Positions 1-11,788 of a DNA stretch of 64,000 nt are shown in pieces. A model generated the notes under the pieces. The model did no database searches. It worked only from the letters and a program-made list of their open reading frames with translations, and was not told the origin of the DNA. Each line of letters opens with the position of its first letter. Within the stretch, counting starts at the first letter, position 1. The stretch lies in contig OX597814.1 in NCBI GenBank assembly GCA_951406725.2, forward strand, positions 76,384,001 to 76,448,000, written 5' to 3'. A program made the translations under genes and the position numbers. This stretch comes from Octopus vulgaris (taxonomy: Eukaryota).

Positions 1-42
1 TATATGCATATGTATGTGTATATGTGTATGTGTGTATATATA

Positions 43-715
43 TATCAAACTAAAGTTATTGAACAAACAAATGCAAGGTCATCCACATAGCATTTCATAA
101 TTCGAACATTTTCTTTCTTTTGGGCTATCCGAGCAATAGGAAAGCAAACAACATTGTGCTAGCCTGGTACGCGATGATGTCTATCTTTATGTATATATAT
201 ATTTTTTTCCCCCTGACAAAGGAGGTATTATCCGGATGCACCCTAGTGCTTTAAACATAATACACCCCTGAAATGGCCATAGGGATAAGTAAATATGGTT
301 TCCTTTTTAACTATAAGGCTTCTCTTACCTGAATAATAATTTCATAAGATTTCTAAACGATGAACTTTTATTTTATTTACATGATATATATTATATATTT
401 TTTATATGCTCCTATATATATATATATATTTTATATATTTTTATATACCTATATATTTTTATATATTACTTTATATTATATTTTTACTTTCTAGGTACTG
501 TAAGGTTTTTTGTTTTGTTTTTTTAAATGTATTTTTCTGAATCGCTAAAGTATTAACTCTAAACTGTGATGAAAAAAATGCTTGTATGCTTGTACAGATG
601 AATTATGTTCCATCTTGTGGGATGTTTATATGTATATTCTATGATTAAATGTTCGAATTATGAAATGCTATGCGGATGACCTTGCATTTGTTTGTTCAAT
701 AACTTTAGTTTGATA
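43..715. repeat. Inverted-repeat element (arms ~43-111 and ~648-715) enclosing a hammerhead-like motif; probably Penelope-terminal derived
   Basis: tatcaaactaaagttattg...ttcgaacattt is the reverse complement of aaatgttcgaa...ctttagtttgata with one mismatch seen. Hammerhead-like motif at 208-285. Confidence 0.7.
208..285 (+). ncRNA. Degenerate minimal hammerhead ribozyme motif (Penelope type)
   Basis: tcccc-CTGACAA(213-219; G8>A)-stem II aggaggtattat...ataatacacccct-GAAA(270-273)-TGGCCA-TA-ggga. Palindromic stem III ATGGCCAT. Confidence 0.5.
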
Positions 716-802
716 TTTTTGTCTCTTTTAATAGAGCACTTCTATAGCAGTCCTATTAATCTTTTTGTTCCTGACAAGAAACAATCACTGTATTATTGAT
801 AT

Positions 803-841
<39 letters not shown>

Positions 842-1252
842 TCTGTATATTTATATATATATATCACATGATCATGTGACCGACCAAACCATCAGATGTT
901 GTTACACATCACTGGTCACAATGTGTTCACATTGTTTTAGCCTTCGAATGACGCCACCCCGCTGGCTAAGCAAGCAGGCCAACTGAAGAAAGAGTGAGAG
1001 AAAGAGTGGTGAAGGAGTACAGCAGGTAAAATGCATGGGACATGTTTCTATGCTCTACAGAAACTTCGAGTTTATCAAATTTCCTTGTAACTTTGATATG
1101 GAAAAAAAGTGAGGAACATTCAATGCCAATAAATTGTTATTGTTCCTGATTGTACACTGTCCACATTTTGTTTTCTATACCTGCCACAGACTGCTTGTAG
1201 CTTACAAACTTCCTACACTTAGATTCCTGGATCTTACCCTTTTATATATGTG

Positions 1253-1285
<33 letters not shown>

Positions 1286-1309
1286 CACAGACAAAATCTG
1301 TGGTTAGTG

Positions 1310-2975
1310 CAAAGTCTCACCACTTGGGTGGTGTGGTGGCGGAAATGGTCATTAGAACAAAGAAACAGGCCAGAAAGGATTGGAAAAATAGGAATAGCAG
1401 AGAACTATATCAGGTAGCTAGAAGGAAAATTAGAAGACAGGTATACTTTGCCAGGGAGAAGCAGAAAAGAAGAAGTCTGCCAATGTTCTGTGGCATGAGA
1501 ACCAGAGCCTTGAGGCATATCAGATTGCAAGACAGTATGTCAGAGAGAATTGTGATATTGTAGAGAGAAGTGTGTTGGCATGGATGATGGCTCACTTGCA
1601 GTTAGTGGTATTGCAAAAAAGGAAGTTTGGAAGTGCCTCTATGAAATATTGTTAAATGTAGAAAATGCATGGGATAAAGAGAGCCTGCCTAGTTTGGACC
1701 CAACAGAAGTACTAACTATCCAAATCAACAGTAGCTTAGTTGATAAAGCAATGAAGGATATGATGACAAGAAAATCCCCCAGCCCATCAGGAATCACTGC
1801 TGAGTTCTTAAAATATCTGGCAGAGTAGGATATGGCCTAGTCACCCATATAGTTAATCATGTTGTCCAATGACTAGTGTAGCAGCATTATAGCCAACAGC
1901 TACAAAAGTAAAGGTGATGCCTTAGAAAGAAATAATTATAAAGTTATCAAATTGCCTGACCAAGTGATGAAAGTTATGGTAAGGGTCACTAGTTCAACTA
2001 ATCAAGAAGAGAGTTAGCCTAGGTGAGGTGCAGTTTGGTTTTGTGCAAGGAAGAAGCACTACTGATGCTATCTTCCTGGTGCAGAAGCTGCAAGAGAAAT
2101 ATTTGGCTTTTGTTGATCTTATCTAGTGGGCAGTGTGAAGGTGGGGATAGATGAGTGATTGGTGAGGACTGTACCAGCCATGTACCGGAATGCTGTCAGT
2201 AAGGTGAAGGCTGGCAACAAGTATAGCAGTGAATCCAGTGTACAGGTAGGAGTTCATCAGACATTGGTTTTCAGCTCCTCTTGTTTATCATAGACCTCCA
2301 GGCCATAATAGAGGAATTTAAGATAGGCTGCCCTTGGGAGCTCCTCTATGCTGATGACCTTGTTCTTATTGCTGAATTACTACCAGAACTAGAAAAGAAA
2401 TTTCAGGTGTGGAAGCAAGGTCTGGAATCAAAAGGCCTTAGAGTTAATTTTGCAAAGACCACAGCCCTAGTAAGTAGGAAAACAGACAAATCACTAATCC
2501 CTTCAGGGAGATGGTACTGCTTGATATGTAGAAAATGTGTTGGTAGAAATCCCATATGGTGCACCCAGTGCAAGCTATGGACACATAAGAGGTGCAGTGG
2601 TATCACAGGGAGGTTAACAGAGAAAGTAGTCTTTACATGTGGCTGATGTGCAGGTACATCAAACATCAGAATGTACAGAAAGTAGACTCGAAGTGGTAGA
2701 CAGTTTCCGTTACTTAGGTGACCAAGTTAGCAGTGGAGGAGGTAATTCTGAAAGCATAGCTGCTAATATAAGAATAGGCTGGGCAAAGTTCAGAGAGCTT
2801 TTACCTTTGTTGGTAAAAAAGGGCCTCTCCCTCAGAGTGAATGGTAGATTGTATGATGTCTGTGTAAAAACAGCTTTGCTACGTGGCAGTGAGACATAGG
2901 CTGTGACTACTGAGAACAGGTGAAGGTTTGAAAAAAATGAGGTCAGCATTCTCTCCTTGATGGGTAATGTCATGA
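1310..2975 (+). mobile_element. RTE-clade LINE family A, decayed, truncated at both ends
   Basis: ORF pieces KSPSPSGIT, GCPWELLYADDLVLIAE (YADD), Cys/His finger, LEVVDSFRYLG, LYDVCVKTALLRGSET. Many stops. Confidence 0.9.
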
Positions 2976-3027
2976 AGACTGCTTCATCAGCAGTAAGCAT
3001 CCACTGACCACATTATAATAATAATAA

Positions 3028-3245
3028 TCCTTTCTACTCTGGGCTCAAGGCCTGAAATTTTGAGGATAGGAAACTAGTTAATTACATCAACTCCAGTGCT
3101 CAACTGATACTTATTTTATTGACCTTGAAAGGATGAAAGACAAAGTTGATCTCAGCAGAATTTGAACTCAGAACGTAAAGAGCCTTTCAAAATGCTGCTA
3201 AGCATTTTGTCTTATGTGCTAATGATTCTGCTAGCTTGCTGCCTA
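3028..3245 (-). mobile_element. tRNA-derived SINE family b
   Basis: Conserved core gaaaggatgaaa..caaag..gaatttgaactcagaacgtaaag repeated more than ten times in the window, flanked by (AAT)n. Confidence 0.75.
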
Positions 3246-3282
3246 AATAATATTCAAATTTTGGTAGAAGGCCAGTAATTTC

Positions 3283-3557
3283 TGTGGTTGATGAAAAGGA
3301 GCACAACGGAACAAGGAAAGAGGAAACAGAAGTGCAATAAGGTCTTACCTGACAGGGGATGAAGTCGGATGGCCTTCAGCCAACTTGCTCGCGTGTTGTC
3401 GTCTCGGTGCCTTGCTGGGGTCTGTCGCAACCGGTCGATGCCGCACGTGCGTTGAGTCTGTCGCTTCCGCTTCCGCCGGCGCATGCGCCCTGCAAGACCT
3501 GTAAGCATCACTTCCGCTCCCGCCCGTCCCGTCACACTCCTTCATCACCACACCACA
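3283..3557 (-). repeat. 3' LTR of the Gypsy element
   Basis: tgtggttgatg...cacaccaca. About 5 mismatches versus 7124-7398 by eye. Confidence 0.97.
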
Positions 3558-3570
3558 TGCCCCCTGATCT
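3558..3570 (-). other. Polypurine tract (PPT)
   Basis: Minus strand agatcagggggca directly before the 3' LTR. Confidence 0.7.
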
Positions 3571-3592
3571 ATAAATCACTGAACCGGCTTCC

Positions 3593-4879
3593 TCACTCGC
3601 TCCCGCACCCGAAACTGGTTTCATAATCAGCCAGCCAGGGAGGAGGGTGCCGCTCCCTCTGTGGTCGCAGCGCGACCCTAGGACTTGTTTCTGGTGTGTT
3701 GCTGTCGACCTCGTCATCCTGTCGGTTGTTTTCGTCCTGCCCACTGTTGCTTGTCCCATCCTCTGGGGCATGGACAATCCTCCGTATGTCCAAAACGTGG
3801 CGTGGCATACCATCGATGGAGATGTTATTCTTCGAATTTACGGAGGTTATTGTCCCCTTTCCCCATTGCGATGTACACCGTGCGTTTGGGGGTTTTACCC
3901 AGACTTCCTCCCCGACCCGCACGAAGGCGTGCTCTTCCTCTGCCCCGGGTTGCATTGATTTAGTACACGGATGCCTCCACTCGTACCTGAATATTGCTCT
4001 GTGTGGCACCGATTCCTCAGCCTGTCCGGATCGGGGAGACAAGTTGTACCAAAAAACTGCTTCAAGCGGCGAAATGTGCCCTCTTTCCGCTATGGCCTTG
4101 ACTGTCCGATGGTGCCTCTCCACGATCCCGTTACCGCCCGGCCTATACGCTGCTCTGAACAAGCGTCGCACGTTCCACCGATCAAGCATAACCCTCAATG
4201 CTTCCGAATGAAATGCCGCCCCGTTGTCCATCAGTAGTTCTTCCACGGGACCTCTCTCTAAAAATATCCCTTTCAGGATCTGCACGATCTCGTCAGCAAT
4301 GCCCGATCTCAACTCCCTCCAAATGGCCAGCCAGCCCGGCCCACAGTCGACCATGGAGAGGTACATTCGCTGACGGTAGTGTGTCACATCCACACCTAGC
4401 CTTTTCCAGTTCTGCTCCACGGAAAGGCTTCCCTGTTCATGCCCACACGGAGCAGGGTCGATGGACTGACACCTGTCGCAGCTCCCGACCACCTTCCGGA
4501 TGCTTCTCCTGGTCACGTCAGCATCAATCTTTTTTGCCAGATACAGGGTCCTGTCCACACCCAGGTGATGCATAGCATGCAGTTTCTTCAGCTCAGAGTC
4601 ATCCAACCGACACGCCGCAGCTATCCCTCTCCGCGCCTCCTCCGGTTCTTCCAACCACGCCCTTTTCACCCTGGTCAGTACGTCCGCCTTGTTTTTCTCC
4701 GAAGGCACGAAGACCACGTTGAGCTTCAGTCCGAATTCGGCGATCAATTCACCTAGAACTCCTAGACGGCGCTTCACTAACATCTCTGCAGCACCTTTCG
4801 TCCGCACTCTCCTGTCACCGGTGATCACTGATCCTACCCAGCCAAGCACAGTGGCCGAATCCGTCCGCATTTCAATCAT
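3593..4879 (-). pseudogene. pol: Gypsy pol: RNase H C-terminus plus integrase
   Basis: RTDSATV, NKADVLTR (RH); HAMHHLG...CDRC zinc finger; VDVT / MDNG / GIVERHHRT DDE triad; C-terminal VWVK...W module. Separated from upstream pol by a frameshift near 4880. Confidence 0.93.
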
Positions 4880-5568
4880 GCGCAGCCCCCTTTCAAGGCC
4901 AAGTTCACCCCTTTCAGCAGCGCGTCTAGTTCGGCGACATTGATGTGGTTGAAATCATCTGCTTTCCGAAGCCAGGCCGCGTCCTCCACCACAGTGCCTT
5001 CGATTGCCAACACCACCCCTATCGCTATACTGCTAGCATCACACCAGACAGTCCCGCATTTCGTCCTGGGCACGTACCAGTTCCCCCTGACCGGGTCTTC
5101 CGCTCTTGTCCTCTCTAGGATCTTCTGCATCATCGCCACCGTCCCTTCTCCCACCTTGTCGCCCCACCTCTCTCCTTCTGCTCGTCTCTTGGTGTAACTA
5201 CACGCCGTGCGCAGCCATCCAGCGATCGGGTAGTGACCGACCAACTTCCCACACACCGAGAACAGCTCTCTCCTGCTGATGCTGGAACTCAGCTCTGGGA
5301 TTTCATTTCCTCTCCGGAACACCAATTCACCTGATCTATCTCTTCGCAGCTTCAGCCCCAGCGCGGCTCCCCCTTCAATCGACTCCGGTGGCTTAGCAAT
5401 CAGTCCGAACTTCTCCAGATGTCTCACTACCTCGTCGGCTGGCACTACAGTTTCGTCCACCAAAATGTCGTCAATGTAGGAGCTGGTGGCCTTTCTAATC
5501 TTGCCGTCTTTCCCTAGGACGGACCTAAGCACTGCCGCCATGATCTTCGGAGCAGAATTCAGCCCCAA
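4876..5568 (-). pseudogene. pol: Gypsy pol: RT C-terminal part plus RNase H N-terminus
   Basis: GLNSAP, SYIDDILV (YxDD), WCDASS, INVAELDA. Frameshifts at both ends. Confidence 0.93.
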
Positions 5569-6514
5569 AACCCAGCCTGGTTAGACAGTACGTCCGGCCC
5601 TTGTACCGCACCAGCTGATATCGCCATAGTTTGTCGCTCACATGGAGCTGCAAGTATGCCGATCTCAAGTCGACAATCGTCGCTGCCTCAGTCGACTGTC
5701 TCCACTTGCGTAATGCCTCACCACAAACGTCTGTCGCCTCACCTCCCGTGTGACACGATATGTGCTGGTTTAGCTGCCTGAAGTCCAGCACCGGTCTGAC
5801 TTTTCCCTTCGTAGGCTGCACCACCGCCATCAGGGGTAGCACTCCGCCCGCTACCTCCTCCTTCCAAGGGACAAGGACCCCTTCCTCGATCCACCTCTCC
5901 ACCTCGTCTTCAAACTCAACCCTGGTGTGGCCTTTCAGAGTATGCTGGTAACAGCTCACCCTGTTCTCCAGTGTCGGGGGCTCGTCCTTCCATTTCCACT
6001 CTATCGTCCACCGCTGACCATCGAACGCCGCCTGAAAGTCCTTGTCCTCGATGGTGTAAGCGGCGCAGTCCCTCGCAGGGCTCTGCTCCCTCTGGTGATC
6101 CTGACTCGCAGTGCACGACGCCCCCACGCTTCCGAACGTGACCATATTTCCCACAACGCTGACGCCACCGAGGCAGTTGATGGCGTCCATCCCCATCACC
6201 ACATCAACTCCATTTATCACGCGTTCGGCCACAATTGCCTGTAGCCTTAGCGTCGTGCCGCGCACCACTATCTCTACCGTGCTGCTGCCTCTGCAACGGA
6301 TTTCGCTGCCGTCGACCGCCCGGACACTACACACCCCGTTCCATTCCTTCGTCACCCTCAAAGTCACCAGGGTGGTCGTACAGCCCGTATCCACAAGGGC
6401 CTTAAACGTCTCCCCCTCGGCCTCCACGTCAATCACTGGCAGTGTCTCCAATAGCGCCTCTACTTGTTTGAGGGGAAAGTTCGAGAGGCAGCAACTTCCC
6501 CGCGGTCGTTTCCC
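5525..6514 (-). pseudogene. pol: Gypsy pol: aspartic protease plus RT N-terminal part
   Basis: ALVDTGC, VVMGMD (protease); KVRPVLDFRQLN, VDLRSAYLQL, LTRLGFG (RT). Confidence 0.93.
6456..6514 (-). promoter_or_regulatory. Programmed -1 ribosomal frameshift signal: G GGA AAC slippery site plus H-type pseudoknot
   Basis: The heptamer at 6514-6508 is in the gag frame and its -1 frame is pol. 6-nt spacer; stem 1 ggggaagtt/aactttcccc; stem 2 gcctct/agaggc. Confidence 0.85.
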
Positions 6515-7079
6515 TGGCCGCAATCACGGGCAATGTGCCCTGTCTGCCTGCATCGATAGCAAACTGGCCCCGGCTGCGTACAGTCCCGCGCCATGTGCGG
6601 TCCCTGGCATTTAAAACATCGTCCTGAGAACGGCCGCTCTCGTTGCACGATGGGCTTCCGTACCTCTTTCTTGGGACGTCGTCCGTCTTTACGCGCCTCC
6701 GTCACCGCCATCGCTATCCCCTTCCGCCCCGAGTGTCTCGTCAACCCGCGAGCATGAGTTACAAGCATGAGTTACAATCATCCACCTGGCCTCCCGTCCA
6801 CCTGATTGCACCCAGCTTAGTGAAAGCTGTGTACTCGCATTCCGTGTATGCGTCACACAAGCGCCGCTCTATATTCCCATCGCAGAGCCGTTCTTTTTCA
6901 TCCATTTCTAGGTAAAGCGACAACGCACTTCCTTCAAAATACAGGGCCATAAGACTCGCCACGTCGCTTATGCCCTGCAGTCTCGCCACCAGCCTGATTT
7001 TCTGAATCCAGGCCACTACATCGCCTTCGCCGTTAAAAGGTCTGACAACGTCACTGGCGATCCTAATTTTTGCCGACAT
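6460..7079 (-). pseudogene. gag: Gypsy gag with two zinc knuckles, disrupted near 6751-6776
   Basis: ATG at 7079 (MSAKIRIASDVVRPFNGEGDVVAW...); CFKCQGPHMARDC and CYRCRQTGHIARDC; 13-bp tandem duplication at the frame break. Confidence 0.9.
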
Positions 7080-7111
7080 CGTGTTGAAAAAAATGTGAAC
7101 GCTGACTAATT

Positions 7112-7123
7112 GCCGAAATAGCT
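7112..7123 (-). other. Non-canonical primer-binding site complementary to nt 1-12 of tRNA-Phe(GAA)
   Basis: Plus strand GCCGAAATAGCT abuts the LTR (7124) with no gap. It equals the recalled 5' end of metazoan tRNA-Phe (GCCGAAAUAGCUCAG...). No TGG-type PBS is present. Confidence 0.7.
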
Positions 7124-7398
7124 TGTGGTTGATGAAAAGGAGCACAACGGAACAAGGAAAGAGGAAACAGAAGTGCAATAAGGTCTTACCTGACAGGGGA
7201 TGAAGTCGGATGGCCTTCAGCCAACTTGCTCGCGTGTTGTCGTCTCGGTGCCTTGCTGGGGTCTGCTGCAACCGGTCGATGCCGCACGTGCGTTGAGTCT
7301 GTTGCTTCCGCTTCCGCCGGCGCATGCGCCCTGCAAGACCTGTAAGCATCACTTCCGCTCCTGCCCGTCCCGTCACACTCCTTCATCACCGCACCACA
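7124..7398 (-). repeat. 5' LTR of the Gypsy element
   Basis: Direct repeat of 3283-3557 with TG...CA ends. Confidence 0.97.
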
Positions 7399-7855
7399 AT
7401 TTCAGAGACTAGGGTAAGTCGATTACATCGATTACATCAACCAGTGCTCACCCCGAAAGGATGAAAGGCAAAATAGATCTCAACAGTATTTGAACTCAGA
7501 ATGTAAAGATGAATGAAATACCACTAAGCAATTTGCCCGGTATACTAACAATTCTGCCAGCTTACTGCCTTCATGGTAATAATAATAATAATTCTTTCAA
7601 GTATAGGCACAAGGCCAGAAATTTGTGGGGAGTGGGTAGTTGATTACATCAACCCCAGTATTTCAGTAGTACTTATTTCATCGATCCCGAATGCATGAAA
7701 GGCAAAGTCAACCTCAGAGGAATTTAATAATAATAAGGTGTTGGGAAAATAAAAATACTTTGCTCAATTTGTTCCATTTCTTTATGTTCTTCGGATCAAA
7801 TCTGACTGAAGTTCACTTTACCTTTTATCCTTTTAGGGGTTTGATAAAATAAAGT
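7399..7855. mobile_element. Cluster of SINE-b copies and fragments (first is the remainder of the Gypsy-split copy)
   Basis: Repeated gattacatc.acccc...gaaaggatgaaaggcaaa cores separated by (AAT)n. Confidence 0.7.
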
Positions 7856-8577
7856 AAAATATTCTAATTGTAAAATTTCCCTCAACGAAAATTAAAATAG
7901 CCTCCCAAATTAAAATAAACTGTGGAATTTTAATTATAAATTTGTGCCAAATCAATTTTTAAACCCCAAGTTTAAAAATGGCAAACAACAACTTCATAGT
8001 ATGCTTGAGACAGAATTACAAAGCAAATAAAGAGTAAGAGAAAGTGTAAAAAAAAAAAGAGAGAGGAGAAAGAGTGAAAGACAAAATAAACTGCACTCCT
8101 TGCTTGGAAAATGGTATTGAAGCTAAGGAAAAATTATGCCAAGATGAAATTTACAAATACAACACCACTAAAAACAATAACTGTAATAACACCAACAGTA
8201 ACAACAACAGTGTACAGAAAAAGAAAAATGAAAGATGTGATATGATCAACAAGAATTTATTTAATTTCAATGAAGAATTCCCAAGTTTGACACTTTCTAA
8301 TTCAAATAGCTAACATCTGTAATACAGTTAATAACAGCTCAGCAGTATGAGATATGAATGAATTGCTCTACCGTACCATCATCACAACTACTTCATCTGC
8401 ATCTACTGCTGCAAGGGACAGCAGTAACTTCAACATTATAACATCACCACAATCATAACCACTGCTAAATATATAGTAAAACTACCTCAGACAGTACCAT
8501 TATATCTTTAGAAGGTATGAAAATTATAAAGTAAGAAGGCAGATGAGCATTTTTGCTGATACTAACAGGGTTATTAA

Positions 8578-8787
8578 CTCTTTAGCATTCAGATTTCTTT
8601 GTCAAATGTACTGCTTATTTATTCACCTTGTTTTGAATTCATTACACAATATTTTGTAGCTTCAAGATTTTAATGGTGTGTTTGTATATTTTCAGAATGA
8701 TATTGCAGAGTAGGTGTGAGAGGTTGGGTGTGATCAGTTTGAACATAAAACAAATAGAATATTTGGGCTGGATTAAATGCTTAAGAG
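8578..8787. mobile_element. piggyBac-like MITE
   Basis: TTAA-ctctttagcatt...aatgcttaagag-TTAA. Related copy at 42309-42527. Confidence 0.65.
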
Positions 8788-9981
8788 TTAAACAATGTTA
8801 ATAAATGCACTGTAGGTGAGAGATGTATCAACATTGAAATGGGCCAGGTTATAAAATGCCTGAAAGATAACAAAATTGTAACCTCTTATGACAAGCAATT
8901 CAAAATAATGGATATGAAAAACAAACATGAGCTCACTCTTTCATTCTCTCTTACAGAATGAGGAATTTTTACTAGTTCCTTCCTGACAAAGGTGAAATTG
9001 AAAGCTCTCCTACCAGAAATGGACATTTGGTGGATGAGAGCTTTCAAAATCATACAATGATAAAAATGAGTGAAGCACTCTACACACAGAAAAGCCGTAC
9101 TGAGAAAATGGGTGCTAGGGTGCTTGTATGGAGATAATCAAAGAGAACCTATAAACATTTAGAAAATACCTCACCTCCTCATACTCTTAAACAGTTTATC
9201 ATTTTTGGTGGTGGTAGATGATAGAAAACTTAAGTGCTATCTTTGTGGTAATAACATCTATTTAAGGGTGTTTTGTCTGCAAAATAATAAATAAATAAAA
9301 TAAAAAATGAACAACAGATAGCAGAATGGCACTCATGCAAACCCCACATGAAAAACATCTACAACAAATTCAACAACATAATTGCAAAAGCAGCAGCAGA
9401 AGCACAATAAACAACAATATGCAACAAAAAGTGAATCAACTACTGTAGAAGCAGTAACATCAACATCAACAACAACAACAACAACAACAACAGTACCACC
9501 ACCAACAGCAGCAGCACAAATAGCAACAGGTATCTTTTAAGCAACAACAAATATCAATAACAAATAGCCATCCTATGATGAAAGTTTTTTTTTATTCCAA
9601 AGAGTAGTAAACATTTGCCAACCCTCGACACACCCACACCATGACCATGATCTCAATAGCAACAAAAACAACAAAATCCACAAACACAGGAAGAGTGCTG
9701 GAATCAAAATTAACAACAACAGTAACAACAAAACATACAAGACAAACCCACCAACATTAACAATGTTAATGTCAGTTTTTCAAAGGAGTACAATTAATCG
9801 ATGGAACAGATTTCTCCAGCAATTCTTATTTAGGCACAAGGCCAGCAGAATGGGAGAGGGATTAATCAACTTAGTTCTCCACTCCTCTGATACACAGCTT
9901 CTTGCTTCTCCATCCATTGCACATTTCTCACTAATATACAGCAACCATACTCCTTGATAATTACCATATGGTCTGACTTCT

Positions 9982-10082
<101 letters not shown>

Positions 10083-11750
10083 TCATTGTTTTAACAGAAG
10101 CAACAAAAATACCCTGAACTCCTTCCACTCTTTTCTTATTCTAGTAATCCTGATTTCGCATTTATAATAATATTATATAACCATTTTATTTAGCTTCTTT
10201 TCTTTCTTACTTTTTTTGTTTTTGAATGACTATTATTTGCTGCTGTTTAATATGACAACAGAGGATTGATATTAAATAGAACAGTAAATTTGTCAAATAG
10301 AACAATAAATCCAGGAGATAATATGGGGCTGCTGAAATAGATAATTATAAATGAATTGGCATTTACAGTGCATACTCCACATTTGTAAAAAATTATAATC
10401 CTAGTCACAGACAAAACTGTCTCACAAAGGTTAAATAATAGTTTTTAAACCATTACAAAATTTGAGTATACATGACATAGTAATACTGTTTTATACAACA
10501 TGGGTGGTGTACTTATAATATCCTAAAACATTCTCAGCTGCATCTGAGAGCATAGAAAAATTCAAAAAGATACCCTAAATTTTCTTCACCATTGCTCTGC
10601 AGTAGGGATTTTTGAACTGTGTACTACCACTCATCCACTGAAATTGCTTAAGGATGCATTATGAGAGAAGATATTTTTTCACCTATCAGTTTACCATGTT
10701 ATGTCCTTTCTCTATATCCTTCAACATAACTCCCAAGCATATCTGCTCCTCTAAACTATCAATTCTATACTGCTTCTACAACATTCCCGCTGTATTTTAC
10801 TTTCTAGATTACCTCATCCATCATCCCTAAAACCATACCCTTTAAAACCCCATTCTAATCAACATTTTCCATCCATCAAGAATCCTGATTGTTTAAAATT
10901 GTTTGATGAAACTATTAGTACAGTTCTTCCAAATCAGATTTAGAACTTGTAAGTAGCAAATAAAGATACATTTTCCAGTATATAAATGATGAAAGAGATG
11001 AAAGTCTTATGTTTTCCATATGTTGTCAGCATAACTTAATGAATAGAGTGCCAAATGAGAGAAAAGATTTACTTCTAAAATTCTAGTCAACTATATTTTT
11101 ACTGCTGAATATCTGCACACCAGTACTGACATATTATTTTAAAGAAAGGAAAACAGCAAAATTGGTCTGTGATTGAAATTATAGTGTATTTTGTATAACA
11201 AAGATTTTAAAAGACAAGGGGGTAAAATACTTTCAAATAAAATTTAAGAACTGATATTCTAAGATATTAAATGAATTATCAATACAGAAACTTGTTAGAC
11301 TGAATTAATGTGTAAATAGGTACAGTGAAATATTTGGTTAATTTACTTGGCACCTCATTTGAAATGAAATTAAAAAGACACCTATATAGACTTCAAAACA
11401 TGGTCTATGTATGTGAATTAAGTGATTATCTCCCTGTTCTGCCGAGGCTTAGCTTTTAGCACTACATGGCTTGAATTTCATGTTCAAAGAAGTAAGGAAC
11501 TGTTTTGTCTGCACTTGTTCTAAAGTTGGGAAGTAATTTTGAAAAAAAATATCCAAGCAGCTTCAAGTTTATGAAGTGTATACATCTTGAATAATCATTA
11601 CCATTGTTATAATGATTCCTCAGTAGAATCACATATGTTTGTAATTATATATTATGTGCTTCATAAGAGAGGCAGCATTTACCATGATAATAATGCTTCA
11701 ATGGTATATTGCTTCTGAGACATGGAATATATGATTATAGGTGCGAAAAC

Positions 11751-11788
<38 letters not shown>

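Larger units (their letters stand above)
3283..7398 (-). mobile_element. Full-length compact Ty3/Gypsy LTR retrotransposon (4116 bp) inserted into a SINE
   Basis: Two 275-bp TG...CA direct repeats, 5-bp TSD ATTTC (3278-3282 and 7399-7403), gag-PR-RT-RH-INT order. The flanks rejoin into one SINE-b copy. Confidence 0.97.

Noticed and set aside
655-712. Reading frame VRIMKCYADDLAFVCS containing a YADD RT-like motif
   Set aside because: Short, closed by stops, no other RT motifs nearby, and lies in an inverted-repeat arm. Treated as chance.
862-1027. Conserved-looking block also present at ~41745-41825, considered as an ncRNA
   Set aside because: Behaves as an unclassified dispersed repeat fragment; no structure or promoter could be supported.
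3254-6915. Many overlapping plus-strand and LTR ORFs inside the Gypsy
   Set aside because: Shadow frames of GC-rich coding DNA with no motifs.
7111-7118. tgccgaaa as part of a canonical tRNA-Phe PBS (TGGTGCCGAAA)
   Set aside because: It is on the wrong strand for this element and lacks TGG. The match continues as the tRNA 5' end (TAGCT), not the 3' end.
8074-9140. ORF 8074-8313 (…FNFNEEFPSL…) and an open frame at ~8975-9138 as plus-strand exons
   Set aside because: Low-complexity A/C-rich context, no consistent splice phases, no recognisable domain.
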